Source: an uncultured Streptococcus sp.
GTDB lineage: Bacteria; Bacillota; Bacilli; Lactobacillales; Streptococcaceae
Assembly (NCBI GenBank): GCA_963518235.1
Contig: CAUQIP010000007.1
Location: 5,526 to 69,525 of the forward strand
Length of the DNA: 64,000 bases
Direction: 5' to 3'
The notes under the pieces are model-generated. The model saw only the letters and a list, made by a program, of their open reading frames with translations. It had not been told where the DNA came from and did not search any database. The position numbers were made by a program, and so were the translations under genes. This document shows, piece by piece, positions 21,489-31,054 of this stretch. Numbering within the stretch: position 1 is the first letter of the stretch; each line of letters opens with the position of its first letter.

Positions 21489-23604
21489 TTGGAGCAAGGA
21501 GCGACAGATTGACTTTTTCACGTTCAGTATCAATTTTCTTGACCCAAACGGTCACCAAATCTCCGACAGACACCACTTGGCTAGGATGTTTGATAAATTT
21601 GTGACTCATGTGGGAAATATGAATTAAGCCGTCCTCGTGAATCCCGATATCAACAAAGGCACCGAAATCAACGACATTACGCACCACACCTTCTAGCTTC
21701 TGACCAACCACTAAATCCTTGATATCTAGGACATCTTGGCGAAGCACAGGTGCGTCAAAGGAATCACGGAAATCTCGACCTGGTTTGAGAAGGTCTGCAA
21801 TGATATCTTTAAGAGTTTCTGGACCAAGGTCTAGCTCTTGCGCCATTTCCTTGACTGAAAGCGACTTGAGTTTACTTTGGGCTTCTTCATTCAGGTCCTT
21901 GATATCCAAGCGGTTGAAGAGTTCCTTAACAGCAGCGTAATTTTCTGGGTGAACTCCTGTATTATCAAGGATATTGCTACTTTCAGGGATACGAAGGAAA
22001 CCAGCTGCCTGCTCAAAGGCCTTGGCTCCCAGACGAGGAACTTTCTTGATTTGGGCGCGTGAAGTGATTTTTCCTTCTTCCTCACGGTATTTGACAATAT
22101 TTTCAGAGATAGTTTTGTTAAGACCAGCAACGTGGGAAAGAAGAGCTGGGCTGGCTGTATTGACATTGACACCGACTTGGTTCACCACTGTATCGACAAC
22201 AAAGTCCAGACTTTCAGACAGTTTTTTCTGACTGACATCGTGTTGGTATTGACCGACACCAATTGACTTAGGATCGATTTTAACCAACTCTGCAAGAGGA
22301 TCTTGCAAACGACGGGCGATAGAAATAGCAGAGCGTTTTTCAACTGTCAAATCTGGAAACTCCTGACGAGCAAGTTCGCTGGCAGAATAGACAGAAGCAC
22401 CACTTTCATTGACGATAACATAGCTGACTTCTGGAAAATCTTTAAGAACTTCCGCTACAAAAGCTTCACTTTCACGACTGGCAGTACCATTTCCGATGGC
22501 AATAATCTCTACACCGTATTGACCAATCAAATCTGCCAGATTTTTCTTGGCTTCTTCTATTTGACGAGCTGATGCTGGTTTGACAGGATAAATGACCTGT
22601 GTTGTCAGCATTTTTCCTGTTGTATCCACGACAGCTAGCTTGGCACCTGTACGAAAGGCAGGGTCAAATCCAAGAACCACGCGCCCTTTCAATGGAGCAA
22701 CCAAGAGGAGATTGCGCAGGTTGTCAGAAAAGAGTTGGATAGCTCCTTCTTCTGCTTTTTCAGTCAATTCTGTCCGAATACGGCGCTCGATAGCAGGCAA
22801 GACCTTTTTCTTAACCGATTGCTGAACAACTTCATCAATATAGGCGTTTTTCACCTTAAAACGAGTTGCAAAGAAGGCAAGGATACGGTCCGTCGCATGT
22901 TCAAAACCGACCTTCAAGACACCTAGCTTCTCCCCACGATTGAGGGCTAAGGTACGATAACCTTGCATATTTCCAACCGTCTCTGAAAAATCATAATAAA
23001 TCTGAAAAACCTGCTTTTCATCAAGACTTTCATTCTTGACTTGAGAAGTGAGTTTAGAGTGTCTCAGCACCTCCTGATAAGTCATGGCGCGCAGTGTCAC
23101 ATCTTCCGATAAGGCTTCGACCAAGATATCAACTGCACCAGCCAAAGCTTCCTTACCAGTCATAAATCCTTCACAGACAAACTTCTCAGCTTCTTTCTCT
23201 AAGTCAGCTACATTCTGCAAAATCAGGCGAGCAAGAGGAAAGAGTCCTGCTTCACGGGCAATTGTTGCCTTGGTTCGACGTTTCTCCTTGTATGGAAGAT
23301 AGAGTTCTTCAACATCTGCTAGTTTTTCGGCAGCTAAGATAGCTTCTTCCAATTCCTTTGTTAGCTTTCCTTGTTCTTGAATCTTAGCCAAAACAGCTTC
23401 CTTACGGTCATTGAGGTTGGTCAGGCTTTTATCCAAGTCAATAATGGCCTTAATCGCCACCTCATCCAGACTACCAGTCATGTCCTTGCGATAACGCGCG
23501 ATAAAGGGAATAGTCGCCCCTTCGGCAGTCAAACTTAGAACAGTATCAATTTGCTTTAACGTCACTCCCAAATCTTGGGAGATTTTTTCATATTTTTTAT
23601 CCAT
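21475..23604 (-). CDS. tex: Transcription accessory protein Tex (S1 RNA-binding domain protein)
   Basis: [18 protein letters not shown] near the N-terminus, YqgF/HhH regions, and a C-terminal S1 domain ([16 protein letters not shown]). The start was set at MDKKYEKI. Confidence 0.9.
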   Translation of the reverse strand: MDKKYEKISQDLGVTLKQIDTVLSLTAEGATIPFIARYRKDMTGSLDEVAIKAIIDLDKSLTNLNDRKEAVLAKIQEQGKLTKELEEAILAAEKLADVEELYLPYKEKRRTKATIAREAGLFPLARLILQNVADLEKEAEKFVCEGFMTGKEALAGAVDILVEALSEDVTLRAMTYQEVLRHSKLTSQVKNESLDEKQVFQIYYDFSETVGNMQGYRTLALNRGEKLGVLKVGFEHATDRILAFFATRFKVKNAYIDEVVQQSVKKKVLPAIERRIRTELTEKAEEGAIQLFSDNLRNLLLVAPLKGRVVLGFDPAFRTGAKLAVVDTTGKMLTTQVIYPVKPASARQIEEAKKNLADLIGQYGVEIIAIGNGTASRESEAFVAEVLKDFPEVSYVIVNESGASVYSASELARQEFPDLTVEKRSAISIARRLQDPLAELVKIDPKSIGVGQYQHDVSQKKLSESLDFVVDTVVNQVGVNVNTASPALLSHVAGLNKTISENIVKYREEEGKITSRAQIKKVPRLGAKAFEQAAGFLRIPESSNILDNTGVHPENYAAVKELFNRLDIKDLNEEAQSKLKSLSVKEMAQELDLGPETLKDIIADLLKPGRDFRDSFDAPVLRQDVLDIKDLVVGQKLEGVVRNVVDFGAFVDIGIHEDGLIHISHMSHKFIKHPSQVVSVGDLVTVWVKKIDTEREKVNLSLLAPNETD

Positions 23605-23827
23605 GAATCTATTATACCACAAGCTAAACATTTCAAATTAGCTCTTACAATTTTAAAACATAAGTTGGGAAATAAATTTACTTCATTTCAATATTCTATT
23701 CATTGAGAAGGTTGCAATTTAATTCTAATAGTTTACAAAAGGATCAGTGATTAATTTCATTGTTTTTATTTTTTACAAAACGCTTTATAAAGCTATTTGT
23801 TGAAGTTAACGAATCAATTTTCAGAGC

Positions 23828-24011
23828 AAATAAAAATCGCAAGCCTAAGCCTGCGGTGGGGATAATCTTTTTTGAAATTTTTAAACAAAAAAGGAGCATT
23901 TAAGCTCCCTCCTTTGAAATAACGGACACTTGGCTGGTCGGTGTACCCAGCATCTCAGATACCTTTTTCAAGGTGCGGCAGGAACCTTTCTGCCCTCAAA
24001 TGTCTTTCGTT
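23828..24011 (-). ncRNA. Candidate small RNA or leader of about 127 or 184 nt with its own strong promoter and two terminators
   Basis: TTGACA-N17-TAGAAT promoter (-35 at 24046..24041, -10 at 24023..24018). Hairpin GGAGC/GCUCC plus a U-run lies at 23885..23910, and hairpin CGCAGGC/GCUUGCG plus a U-run at 23828..23855. Confidence 0.35.
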
Positions 24012-24026
24012 AATGTTATTCTAGCA

Positions 24027-24409
24027 CTATCTACTTTTTTTGTCAAGCTTTCTCAATCTACCAAACTTAATACGACTTTGTAACTTGTAATCTTGTAAGC
24101 GATACATGGTCGGAACATAAAAGAAATCGCCGCTTTTATGTAACTTGATGGCAACAAGAACATTATCATCAAATCTTTTTACGTATTCAAAACTAGCATC
24201 TTTCTCTCGTGGATTGACCCCAACGAAATCTGGGTTCCTTAGTATGAGTTCCAGGTCTTCAATATGATGAATCACATCATTGTGATGGCGTTTTATCATA
24301 TGGCTTCTCAAACCGTCTTTGTTGACCTTTATGTCGCTCGCTTCAAGAACAATATCAAAAAATTTTTTACTTCATCGGTAACCTGACCGATTTTTTAGTG
24401 TTCCATCAT
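24027..24409 (-). pseudogene. Disrupted or N-terminally truncated small gene (possible PBECR/RelE-like nuclease-fold protein; family assignment tentative)
   Basis: GGAGGA is followed by an ATG at 24409, then an in-frame TAA at codon 5 (24397..24395) and a frame change at an A6T6 run (24355..24366). The intact ORF remainder is 24027..24311 with a TTG start. Confidence 0.4.
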
Positions 24410-24561
24410 TTCCTCCGTTATTCCACAACTATTATATCACAATTATGGTGTATATTAGGATATATCAAGCTCTATTATTCGTTAGATACTCAATTTTAAC
24501 TTTTTCCTTTTCCCAAAAATAATAGTATAATAGAGGTAGAATTTAGAATCGAGGTACACCT

Positions 24562-24693
24562 ATGGCTGTAAAATTTACAAAAACGGACGACTTGGATAAG
24601 ATGTTTGAGGAGTTTGCGAAACTCCCTGATTTGAAACAAGTTACTTTCCCTGATGACAAAGAGAAAAAAGCCAAAGCAGAAAAGAAAAACTAG
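24562..24693 (+). CDS. Small hypothetical protein (43 aa, MAVKFTKTDDLDKMFEEF...), first gene of the permease operon
   Basis: TATAAT -10 upstream and a GAGGT RBS. Its TAG stop abuts the ATG of the next gene (TAGATG). Confidence 0.4.
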   Translation: MAVKFTKTDDLDKMFEEFAKLPDLKQVTFPDDKEKKAKAEKKN

Positions 24694-25599
24694 ATGACTG
24701 CTTTCCAACAACTCCCGTCTAGTGTGCTTCAGACTGGGGCTATTTTTCTCTCTATAATCATTGAAGCCCTCCCCTTCGTCCTGATAGGAAGTATTGTCTC
24801 AGGGCTGATTGAGGTTTATATCACACCTGATAAGGTTTATCATTTTCTCCCTCGAAATCGTTGGGGGAGAATCTTTTTTGGGACCTTTGTCGGGATGCTT
24901 TTCCCTTCTTGTGAATGTGGAATCGTCCCCATTATCAATCGTTTTCTGGAAAAAAAGGTTCCCAGTTACACAGCCGTTCCCTTTCTCGTAACAGCACCTG
25001 TCATCAATCCCATTGTTCTCTTTGCGACCTATTCTGCCTTTGGCAACTCCTTCCATGTCGCTCTGTTACGAGCTCTAGGTTCCATTGTAGTAGCTGTTAT
25101 ACTTGGGATTTTTCTGGGATTTTTCTGGAAAGAACCGATTCAGAAAGAAAATCGTTTAGCCTGTCATGAGCATGATTTTTCTCATTTGAGCCCTGCAAAA
25201 AAGGTTTTTCAAGTCTTTGTGCAAGCCATTGATGAATTTTTTGATACGGGCCGTTATTTGATATTTGGCTGTCTCTTCGCCTCTGTTATACAGGTCTATG
25301 TTCCGACTCGGATTCTGACTTCTATCAGCGCAACCCCTCTTTTTGCCATCCTGCTCTTGATGCTTTTGGCCTTTCTTCTTTCTCTCTGTAGTGAGGCCGA
25401 TGCTTTTATTGGGGCTTCTCTTCTCTCGAGTTTCGGCTTGGCACCAGTTCTGGCCTTTCTCGTCATTGGTCCAATGCTGGATATCAAAAATATTCTCATG
25501 ATGAAAAATTACTTGAAAGCACGATTTATCAGTCACTTCATTATGATTGTGACACTCGTTGTCTTAGTGTATTCTCTCTTGATTGGAGTCATCCTATGA
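24694..25599 (+). CDS. ArsP/DUF318-type permease
   Basis: 301-aa polytopic protein with an FPSCECGIVPI motif and a second Cys/acidic motif, LCSEADAF. Its end overlaps the next gene's start. Confidence 0.8.
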   Translation: MTAFQQLPSSVLQTGAIFLSIIIEALPFVLIGSIVSGLIEVYITPDKVYHFLPRNRWGRIFFGTFVGMLFPSCECGIVPIINRFLEKKVPSYTAVPFLVTAPVINPIVLFATYSAFGNSFHVALLRALGSIVVAVILGIFLGFFWKEPIQKENRLACHEHDFSHLSPAKKVFQVFVQAIDEFFDTGRYLIFGCLFASVIQVYVPTRILTSISATPLFAILLLMLLAFLLSLCSEADAFIGASLLSSFGLAPVLAFLVIGPMLDIKNILMMKNYLKARFISHFIMIVTLVVLVYSLLIGVIL

Positions 25600-26411
25600 T
25601 TCGATTTTTAGTTTTAGCTGGCTATTTTGAATTGACCATTTATCTCCATCTGTCGGGCAAATTAAACCAGTACATCAACATGCACTATTCCTATCTGGCC
25701 TATATTTCCATGCTGCTTTCCTTTATTTTAGCACTTGTTCAATTGTATATCTGGATGAAGCAAGTCAAAACCCATAGTCATCTGAACAGCCGATTCGCGA
25801 AGGTGACGAGTATTGCTCTTCTGGCTATTCCGATTGTCGTCGGTTTAACCTTTCCAACTGTTAGCTTGGATTCTCAGACCGTTTCAGCTAAAGGCTATCA
25901 CTTCCCCCTATCGGAAGGCACGGATCAAGCCATTCAGACGAGTGAAGGGACGACAAGCCAATATTTGAAACCAGATACCAGTTCTTATTTCTCAAAAACA
26001 GCCTATGAAACGGAAATGCGAACGACAGCGGATAAATATTTGTCCCAAGATAGTATTCAAATCACTAATGAAAACTATATGGAAGTCATGGAAGCTATCT
26101 ACGACTATCCAGATGAGTTTGAGGGTAAGACAGTCCAGTTCACAGGCTTTGTCTATAACGACCCCAGTCATGCCAATAGTCAATTTCTGTTCCGCTTCGG
26201 CATTATTCACTGTATCGCAGATTCTGGTGTCTATGGTTTGCTGACCAAGGGAAATACTCGTCAGTATGAGAATAACACCTGGATAACAGCCAAAGGAAAA
26301 CTGGTCAATCACTATCATAAAGAACTCAAACAAAATCTTCCAACCTTGGAAATCGACAGCTTTACTAAAGTCGATAAACCAGAAAATCCCTATGTTTATC
26401 GCGTGTTTTAA
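25596..26411 (+). CDS. TIGR03943/DUF1980-family membrane protein (partner of the DUF318 permease)
   Basis: Two N-terminal TM helices and a C-terminal domain containing FRFGIIHCIADSG; coupled to the permease gene by a 4-nt overlap. Confidence 0.75.
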   Translation: MIRFLVLAGYFELTIYLHLSGKLNQYINMHYSYLAYISMLLSFILALVQLYIWMKQVKTHSHLNSRFAKVTSIALLAIPIVVGLTFPTVSLDSQTVSAKGYHFPLSEGTDQAIQTSEGTTSQYLKPDTSSYFSKTAYETEMRTTADKYLSQDSIQITNENYMEVMEAIYDYPDEFEGKTVQFTGFVYNDPSHANSQFLFRFGIIHCIADSGVYGLLTKGNTRQYENNTWITAKGKLVNHYHKELKQNLPTLEIDSFTKVDKPENPYVYRVF

Positions 26412-26606
26412 AAGAATAAAAAGACAAAACGAACAAGTTCTCTTCTGAATGACAGAAAAAGAGCCTGTTCGTTTTTTGTTTATACGAGATGTAGGAAGAC
26501 GCCAAAAATTCCCACTCATCAATAAAAAGAGACAATATTCGTTTCTGCATTACAGATTTTTAATATAGTCTCTTTATTTATACTTACAAGAATTGAATAG
26601 TTGAGC

Positions 26607-27020
26607 TTAATTTTTTCCATTAATTCTAGACGAATGTTCAGAGACCCATTTAGCGTAAGTGGTTAAGCTTTCATCTGTTAAGGACTCTACTGCGATAGTT
26701 ACACACATATTTACCGCTTCTTCAACCGTTACAGAAAAACGATAATGATTTAACTGTAGAAATTTCACCAAAACGAAGAAAGCAGTTCGTTTATTAGCAT
26801 TGGCAAAAACATGCTTCTTTATCAATTGGACAAATAGTATCGTTGCTTTATCAAAAATTGTTGGATAAAGAGGCTTCCCAAAGACAAATTGTTCTGGTAA
26901 ATTAACAATCATGTTTAAAGTCGAAGGACTAACTGTTTGAATTTTCTCATTTGGAGAATACCGTTGAATTGCTAAAGCATTTATTTTTTCAATTTGCTTT
27001 TCTGTTAGATAGAGTGTCAT
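26607..27020 (-). CDS. doc: Doc/Fic-family toxin (type II TA)
   Basis: Fic/Doc motif HVFANANKRTA; 137 aa; 4-nt overlap with the upstream antitoxin gene. Confidence 0.85.
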   Translation of the reverse strand: MTLYLTEKQIEKINALAIQRYSPNEKIQTVSPSTLNMIVNLPEQFVFGKPLYPTIFDKATILFVQLIKKHVFANANKRTAFFVLVKFLQLNHYRFSVTVEEAVNMCVTIAVESLTDESLTTYAKWVSEHSSRINGKN

Positions 27021-27253
27021 TTTTCCACCAAGGCTTTGAAAACATCGTCGTATTCGTCAAATATTTTATCTAAATTTAGGTCAAAGGCATCATCAGATAT
27101 ATAAGAAACCTGCTGATCCAATTCTTCAGGAGTAAAGATAATCTCACCACTTGGTAACAATTTAGCTTCGTATTTAACACCACTTGGAATATTAAATTCA
27201 CTTGGAATCGTAATAGTGATTGAATTTCCTTGTTTTCTTGTTTTTACGACCAT
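27017..27253 (-). CDS. AbrB/MazE (SpoVT-AbrB fold) antitoxin
   Basis: MVVKTRKQGNSITITIPSEF is a typical swapped-hairpin N-terminus; 78 aa with an acidic C-terminus. Confidence 0.75.
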   Translation of the reverse strand: MVVKTRKQGNSITITIPSEFNIPSGVKYEAKLLPSGEIIFTPEELDQQVSYISDDAFDLNLDKIFDEYDDVFKALVEK

Positions 27254-27273
27254 CTGATTTCCTCCTTTGAAGT

Positions 27274-27302
27274 ATTATAACAAATAATTACCGTAATTAC
27301 AA
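27274..27302 (-). promoter_or_regulatory. TA-operon promoter with TAATTAC repeats (candidate operator)
   Basis: TTGTAA-N17-TATAAT on the minus strand. The -35/spacer region contains TAATTAC twice (GTAATTACGGTAATTA). Confidence 0.45.
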
Positions 27303-27429
27303 TGGCAGAATAATTAGATATCGTAACAATATCTATCAGAGTAAATAAATATTATGGTTCTGAAAAGTTGTTAATGCCACTATTTTAACAGGTTTTGAAG
27401 CTTATACCATTTCAAGCAATACAAGTAGC

Positions 27430-28146
27430 TCATTGAGAATAAGAGAACCACTCATTAATCATACTAGCGATTTCTTTGGGTGCTTCAGTATAAAGCTCAT
27501 GGCTAACGTTTTCTAGAAAAATAGTATCAAAATAGTCTGGCAATTCTTTTAGGGCTTCCTCTCTCCATGTAGCTTCATTAGAATAGCAAGGACTGATAAA
27601 CAAGGTATCTCCCACTTCTCTCTTAAAAGCTTGTATTTTCCTCCGTAGGCTGAGTATCGCTTCTATATTTTCATAATTTATAGCTAACTCATATCTATTA
27701 TACTCAGAATTCCAGTGATAGGACTGTCTTACAGCTTCCTCCATATTTTCTGACCAATACTTTGCTTCAGATTTCTCTTTAGAAACAAGAAGAGCTAAGT
27801 CTGAAACGACTTGAGATTCGATATAGTTTTTAGTTTCCTCTAATTCCGCATCTAAAGTTAAAATCTTATCTAAATCTAGATAGCCACCATCCAAAAGAAT
27901 CAGTTTCTTCACTTCTTGAAATTCCGATGCGAGATAACGAGATAAATCTCCTCCAAGAGAATGCCCTATCAGACAAATAGATTCTTCCTCTACAATCTCA
28001 TTTTTAAACCATGATTTCAATTCTGTTTCATCTCGAAGATGCTTTTCATATGGATTTAGAAAATAAATCTGCGAATCTAGTTCTTGAAAAAAATCCTTGC
28101 TATGATAGACATTGCTTCCCAAACCGCCAATAAAATATTTTTTCAT
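27430..28146 (-). CDS. Alpha/beta hydrolase (lipase/esterase-like)
   Basis: Nucleophile elbow GHSLGG; 238 aa. Confidence 0.65.
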   Translation of the reverse strand: MKKYFIGGLGSNVYHSKDFFQELDSQIYFLNPYEKHLRDETELKSWFKNEIVEEESICLIGHSLGGDLSRYLASEFQEVKKLILLDGGYLDLDKILTLDAELEETKNYIESQVVSDLALLVSKEKSEAKYWSENMEEAVRQSYHWNSEYNRYELAINYENIEAILSLRRKIQAFKREVGDTLFISPCYSNEATWREEALKELPDYFDTIFLENVSHELYTEAPKEIASMINEWFSYSQ

Positions 28147-28149
28147 TCT

Positions 28150-28461
28150 CTACTTAATACTATGCTTATTCATCTTTTGTTCAAAGATAGTCGTGATAAT
28201 CTGACGTAATTCTTCGCGTTCTTTTTCTGGAATTTCACCACTTGTTTGAGCTGCAGCGTAGAGTTCAGGGTGTTCAATTGAAATGCGTTTAATCGTACGT
28301 GTCGTAGCATGTTTTCTGACGAAAAATGGGATTCGCTTAATCAAGTCTTGTGGTACTAGTGCAAGAATCTTTTCAGCAGTTTCCTTGTCACTAATCTTAG
28401 ACGTCGTAAGCCCCTTCTTAATCATTTCCTGTTCTTTTTCTGTAAAATCTTTTAATTCCAT
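28150..28461 (-). CDS. Hypothetical protein (103 aa)
   Basis: The ORF has an RBS (AGGAGGAC) and ends 3 nt upstream of the hydrolase gene. I recognised no motif. Confidence 0.5.
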   Translation of the reverse strand: MELKDFTEKEQEMIKKGLTTSKISDKETAEKILALVPQDLIKRIPFFVRKHATTRTIKRISIEHPELYAAAQTSGEIPEKEREELRQIITTIFEQKMNKHSIK

Positions 28462-28580
28462 GCGATTAGTCCTCCTATTTTCTTTAAGTTAAATTATATA
28501 CCATTTGTAGCAAGACGACAAATGGTCTGTTTGTAAAATACTCTCTATACTACAATTTTCCTGTCACTCTTAATTGCTCT

Positions 28581-30323
28581 TTAATGAAAAATCACAAATC
28601 CTTTTGGAGAAATCACAAGCTGATTCTTCAATTCTTGGCAATTGCTTCCTAGTGCTACGGTTTCTTTCTCTACAATATAATCTTCTTTTGATTGGTTAAA
28701 GACGGCTTTAAGAACATGGTCTGCGTATTTCCATTCCAAGGCAACTACATTTTGTTTGATTTCTTTTAGGCTATACTTACCATTCTGAATAGTTGATAAT
28801 ACGTGTTTGCGAATTTTGATTAGATTCTTCATGAAATTCAGCATATCATTGTCACTTGAGGCACGCTCCCAAGGCATACAACGACGACAATCTGGGTCTG
28901 GACCGCCAGTCAAGGATAGCTCGGTTCCATAATAGATGCAGGGTGTTCCTTTTTGTAAAAAGAGAAAGGCTAGGGCTGATTTAACCAGTTGAACGTTTTC
29001 ATTTGCCGTCCACAAGATTCGTTCTGTATCATGAGAATCCAAGAGATTAAACATAACCTCTGAAATCTGCTGTTTGTAATACATAGATTGGCCATTGATT
29101 TCATTGATGAACTGGTCTGTCTTCTTAACACCTCGTAAGAAATAGTGCTTGATGCTATCAGATAAAGGATAATTCATGACCGCATGGAACTCATCTCCAT
29201 TTAGCCAAGGCTGAGACGTATGCCAGACTTCTCCAAGGATATAAAAATCAGGCTTTTTAGCTAAAACTTCCTTTCGAAAATCCTTCCAGAACTGATGGTC
29301 AATCTCATTAGCCACATCCAAACGCCAAGCATCGATATCAAACTCTTCAATCCAATAAGTCGCAACCTTTAAAAGATAGTCCTTGACCTCTGAATTGGCC
29401 GTATTTAGCTTAGGCATATAGTCCTCGAAACCAAAAGCATGATAGGGTAAGTCTCTCTTATTAGCTAGCTTTTCAGTAGTCACTGGGAATTGTTGAATAT
29501 GGAACCAATCTTTGTAAGCAGACTCCTCACCGTTTTCGACAACATCTTGCCATTGAGGCGATTGCGAACCAATATGATTAAATACCGCATCCAGCATGAT
29601 TTTCATGCCACGCTGATGAGATTGCTCGACCAGCTCCCGAAAGATCTCCTTGTCTCCAAAATGACGGTCAATTTCAAAGTAATCCGTCGTATTGTACTTA
29701 TGATTGCTCGTAGATTCAAAAATCGGACAGAAATAAAGTCCTGTGATACCTAAGTCTTGCAAGTAATCCAGATGATCAATAATCCCCTGTAAATCACCAC
29801 CAAAAAAGTCATCACTCTGAGGTGTGATAGATGAATCCCAGTCTAATGACCCTTCTGGGTTTAATCGAGCATTTCCATTAGCAAATCTCTCAGGAAATAT
29901 CTGATACCATACCGTATTTGAAACCCAGTCAGGAACCTTGCAGGCATCAATCTCATGAAGATAAGGCAACTTAAATCCATTCCCAATAGCATGAAGATTT
30001 TCTAGAGAATTTTCCACACACCCTTTATCGCCATACAAAATACTTTGAGCTTCTGTGTCCTTAAGTTCAAAGAGATACTGGATACGTGCAAAGTCAACGG
30101 ACACTTCAACCTGCCAATAATCAAAGATGGCATCAGAAGTTACCTTGGACATTTCTTTTGTATCCTGATAAAACTCCTCCATAAAGATAAAAGGGTCCCC
30201 ATAATGCAAGTTGATGTTTTCAATATCATCTTTCTTGGTACGGATACGAATGTGCACTATCTTATCTTTATAAAGATAAGCATACTCCGACTCTGGTCTG
30301 TGATAAATGGCTGTTAATTCCAC
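28581..30323 (-). CDS. GH13 neopullulanase/cyclomaltodextrinase-type alpha-glycosidase
   Basis: The four GH13 regions are present: DAVFNH, AWRLDVANE, LGEVWH and LLDSHDTER. The start was set at the GTG (VELTAIYHRPES) 8 nt after AGGAG; the ORF-track TTG at 30365 lies inside an operator-like palindrome. Confidence 0.85.
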   Translation of the reverse strand: MELTAIYHRPESEYAYLYKDKIVHIRIRTKKDDIENINLHYGDPFIFMEEFYQDTKEMSKVTSDAIFDYWQVEVSVDFARIQYLFELKDTEAQSILYGDKGCVENSLENLHAIGNGFKLPYLHEIDACKVPDWVSNTVWYQIFPERFANGNARLNPEGSLDWDSSITPQSDDFFGGDLQGIIDHLDYLQDLGITGLYFCPIFESTSNHKYNTTDYFEIDRHFGDKEIFRELVEQSHQRGMKIMLDAVFNHIGSQSPQWQDVVENGEESAYKDWFHIQQFPVTTEKLANKRDLPYHAFGFEDYMPKLNTANSEVKDYLLKVATYWIEEFDIDAWRLDVANEIDHQFWKDFRKEVLAKKPDFYILGEVWHTSQPWLNGDEFHAVMNYPLSDSIKHYFLRGVKKTDQFINEINGQSMYYKQQISEVMFNLLDSHDTERILWTANENVQLVKSALAFLFLQKGTPCIYYGTELSLTGGPDPDCRRCMPWERASSDNDMLNFMKNLIKIRKHVLSTIQNGKYSLKEIKQNVVALEWKYADHVLKAVFNQSKEDYIVEKETVALGSNCQELKNQLVISPKGFVIFH

Positions 30324-30360
30324 TGTATTTGTCTCCTGATTTACTTGGTTGCATTTAATA

Positions 30361-30374
30361 CGCAAACGTTTTCA
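30361..30374. promoter_or_regulatory. LacI-family (MalR/CcpA cre-like) operator candidate upstream of the GH13 gene
   Basis: CGCAAACGTTTTCA, whose reverse complement is TGAAAACGTTTGCG, is a near-palindrome centred on CG. Confidence 0.4.
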
Positions 30375-30499
30375 CAATTGTGATTCTAGTATACTACTTT
30401 CGTATTTTATTTTCAAGGCTTGTCCGTAGATTCTAGTGGTTTGGTTCTATAAATAAAAAAGCAGCCAGTCTTACAACTTGCTACTTTTCAAATGATGAT

Positions 30500-30991
30500 T
30501 TACAAATGTCTTTCCAGCCACTCAATTTTTTTAAAATCCTTATTGTTATTGTGCTCATTTCGATAAGAATCTTGGGAAGAAGCCTTGTAAATACTTAAAA
30601 ACTGTTCCAAACTTGGAACGCGAAAAGTGATGTTTTCGAGATGAATCAGCTCTATATCCGATTCCGAAACTCCTGCAAAATCAGGTAAAGAATCGATACT
30701 TCCGAATTCAACACTCAGACCATCTTTTTTGAATTCATGCTCATGAATATCTATTAAGACGTAACCTAAGTGATTCATCACTTTCATTATCTTGTCCCAC
30801 TCATAAATTCTGAGATGATCGGGTGCTTCCCAACCTCTAGGGTCACCAGGCACATGAATGTCAATGTCAGACGGCTCCCATTCTTCATTTGAACGGTATT
30901 CAAACCCCAAAGACCCCATGAGCGTCGGAGTGATTCCGACTTGGTTTAAATGAGAACAAATTGTTCGAAATTCATCAAATAGAGAATTCAT
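30500..30991 (-). CDS. Hypothetical protein, possibly nucleotidyltransferase fold
   Basis: The pattern LMGSLGFE...PSDIDIHV resembles a GS...DxD NTase motif; 163 aa. Confidence 0.45.
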   Translation of the reverse strand: MNSLFDEFRTICSHLNQVGITPTLMGSLGFEYRSNEEWEPSDIDIHVPGDPRGWEAPDHLRIYEWDKIMKVMNHLGYVLIDIHEHEFKKDGLSVEFGSIDSLPDFAGVSESDIELIHLENITFRVPSLEQFLSIYKASSQDSYRNEHNNNKDFKKIEWLERHL

Positions 30992-31054
30992 TCCTCCTCC
31001 AATCGTTGATATAGAACTTAATTTCGTTGTGAATAATAAACTAATTTTTACCTT

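Noticed and set aside
23744-23899. 51-codon ORF (MLLFCLKISKKIIPTAGLGL...) starting at an AGGAGGGA-ATG inside the sRNA candidate.
   Set aside because: The start codon is buried in a terminator stem and a second terminator lies inside the ORF. The composition reflects AT-rich intergenic DNA, so a non-coding RNA is the more economical reading.
24496-24711. 71-aa minus-strand ORF in the intergenic region upstream of the permease operon.
   Set aside because: It overlaps the better-supported plus-strand 43-aa ORF, which has a promoter, an RBS and coupling to the next gene. Its own composition is low-complexity and F/L-rich.
25992-26522. 176-aa minus-strand ORF overlapping the DUF1980 gene.
   Set aside because: It is antisense to a well-supported, translationally coupled gene and has no RBS or recognisable motif. 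It is probably a chance open frame.
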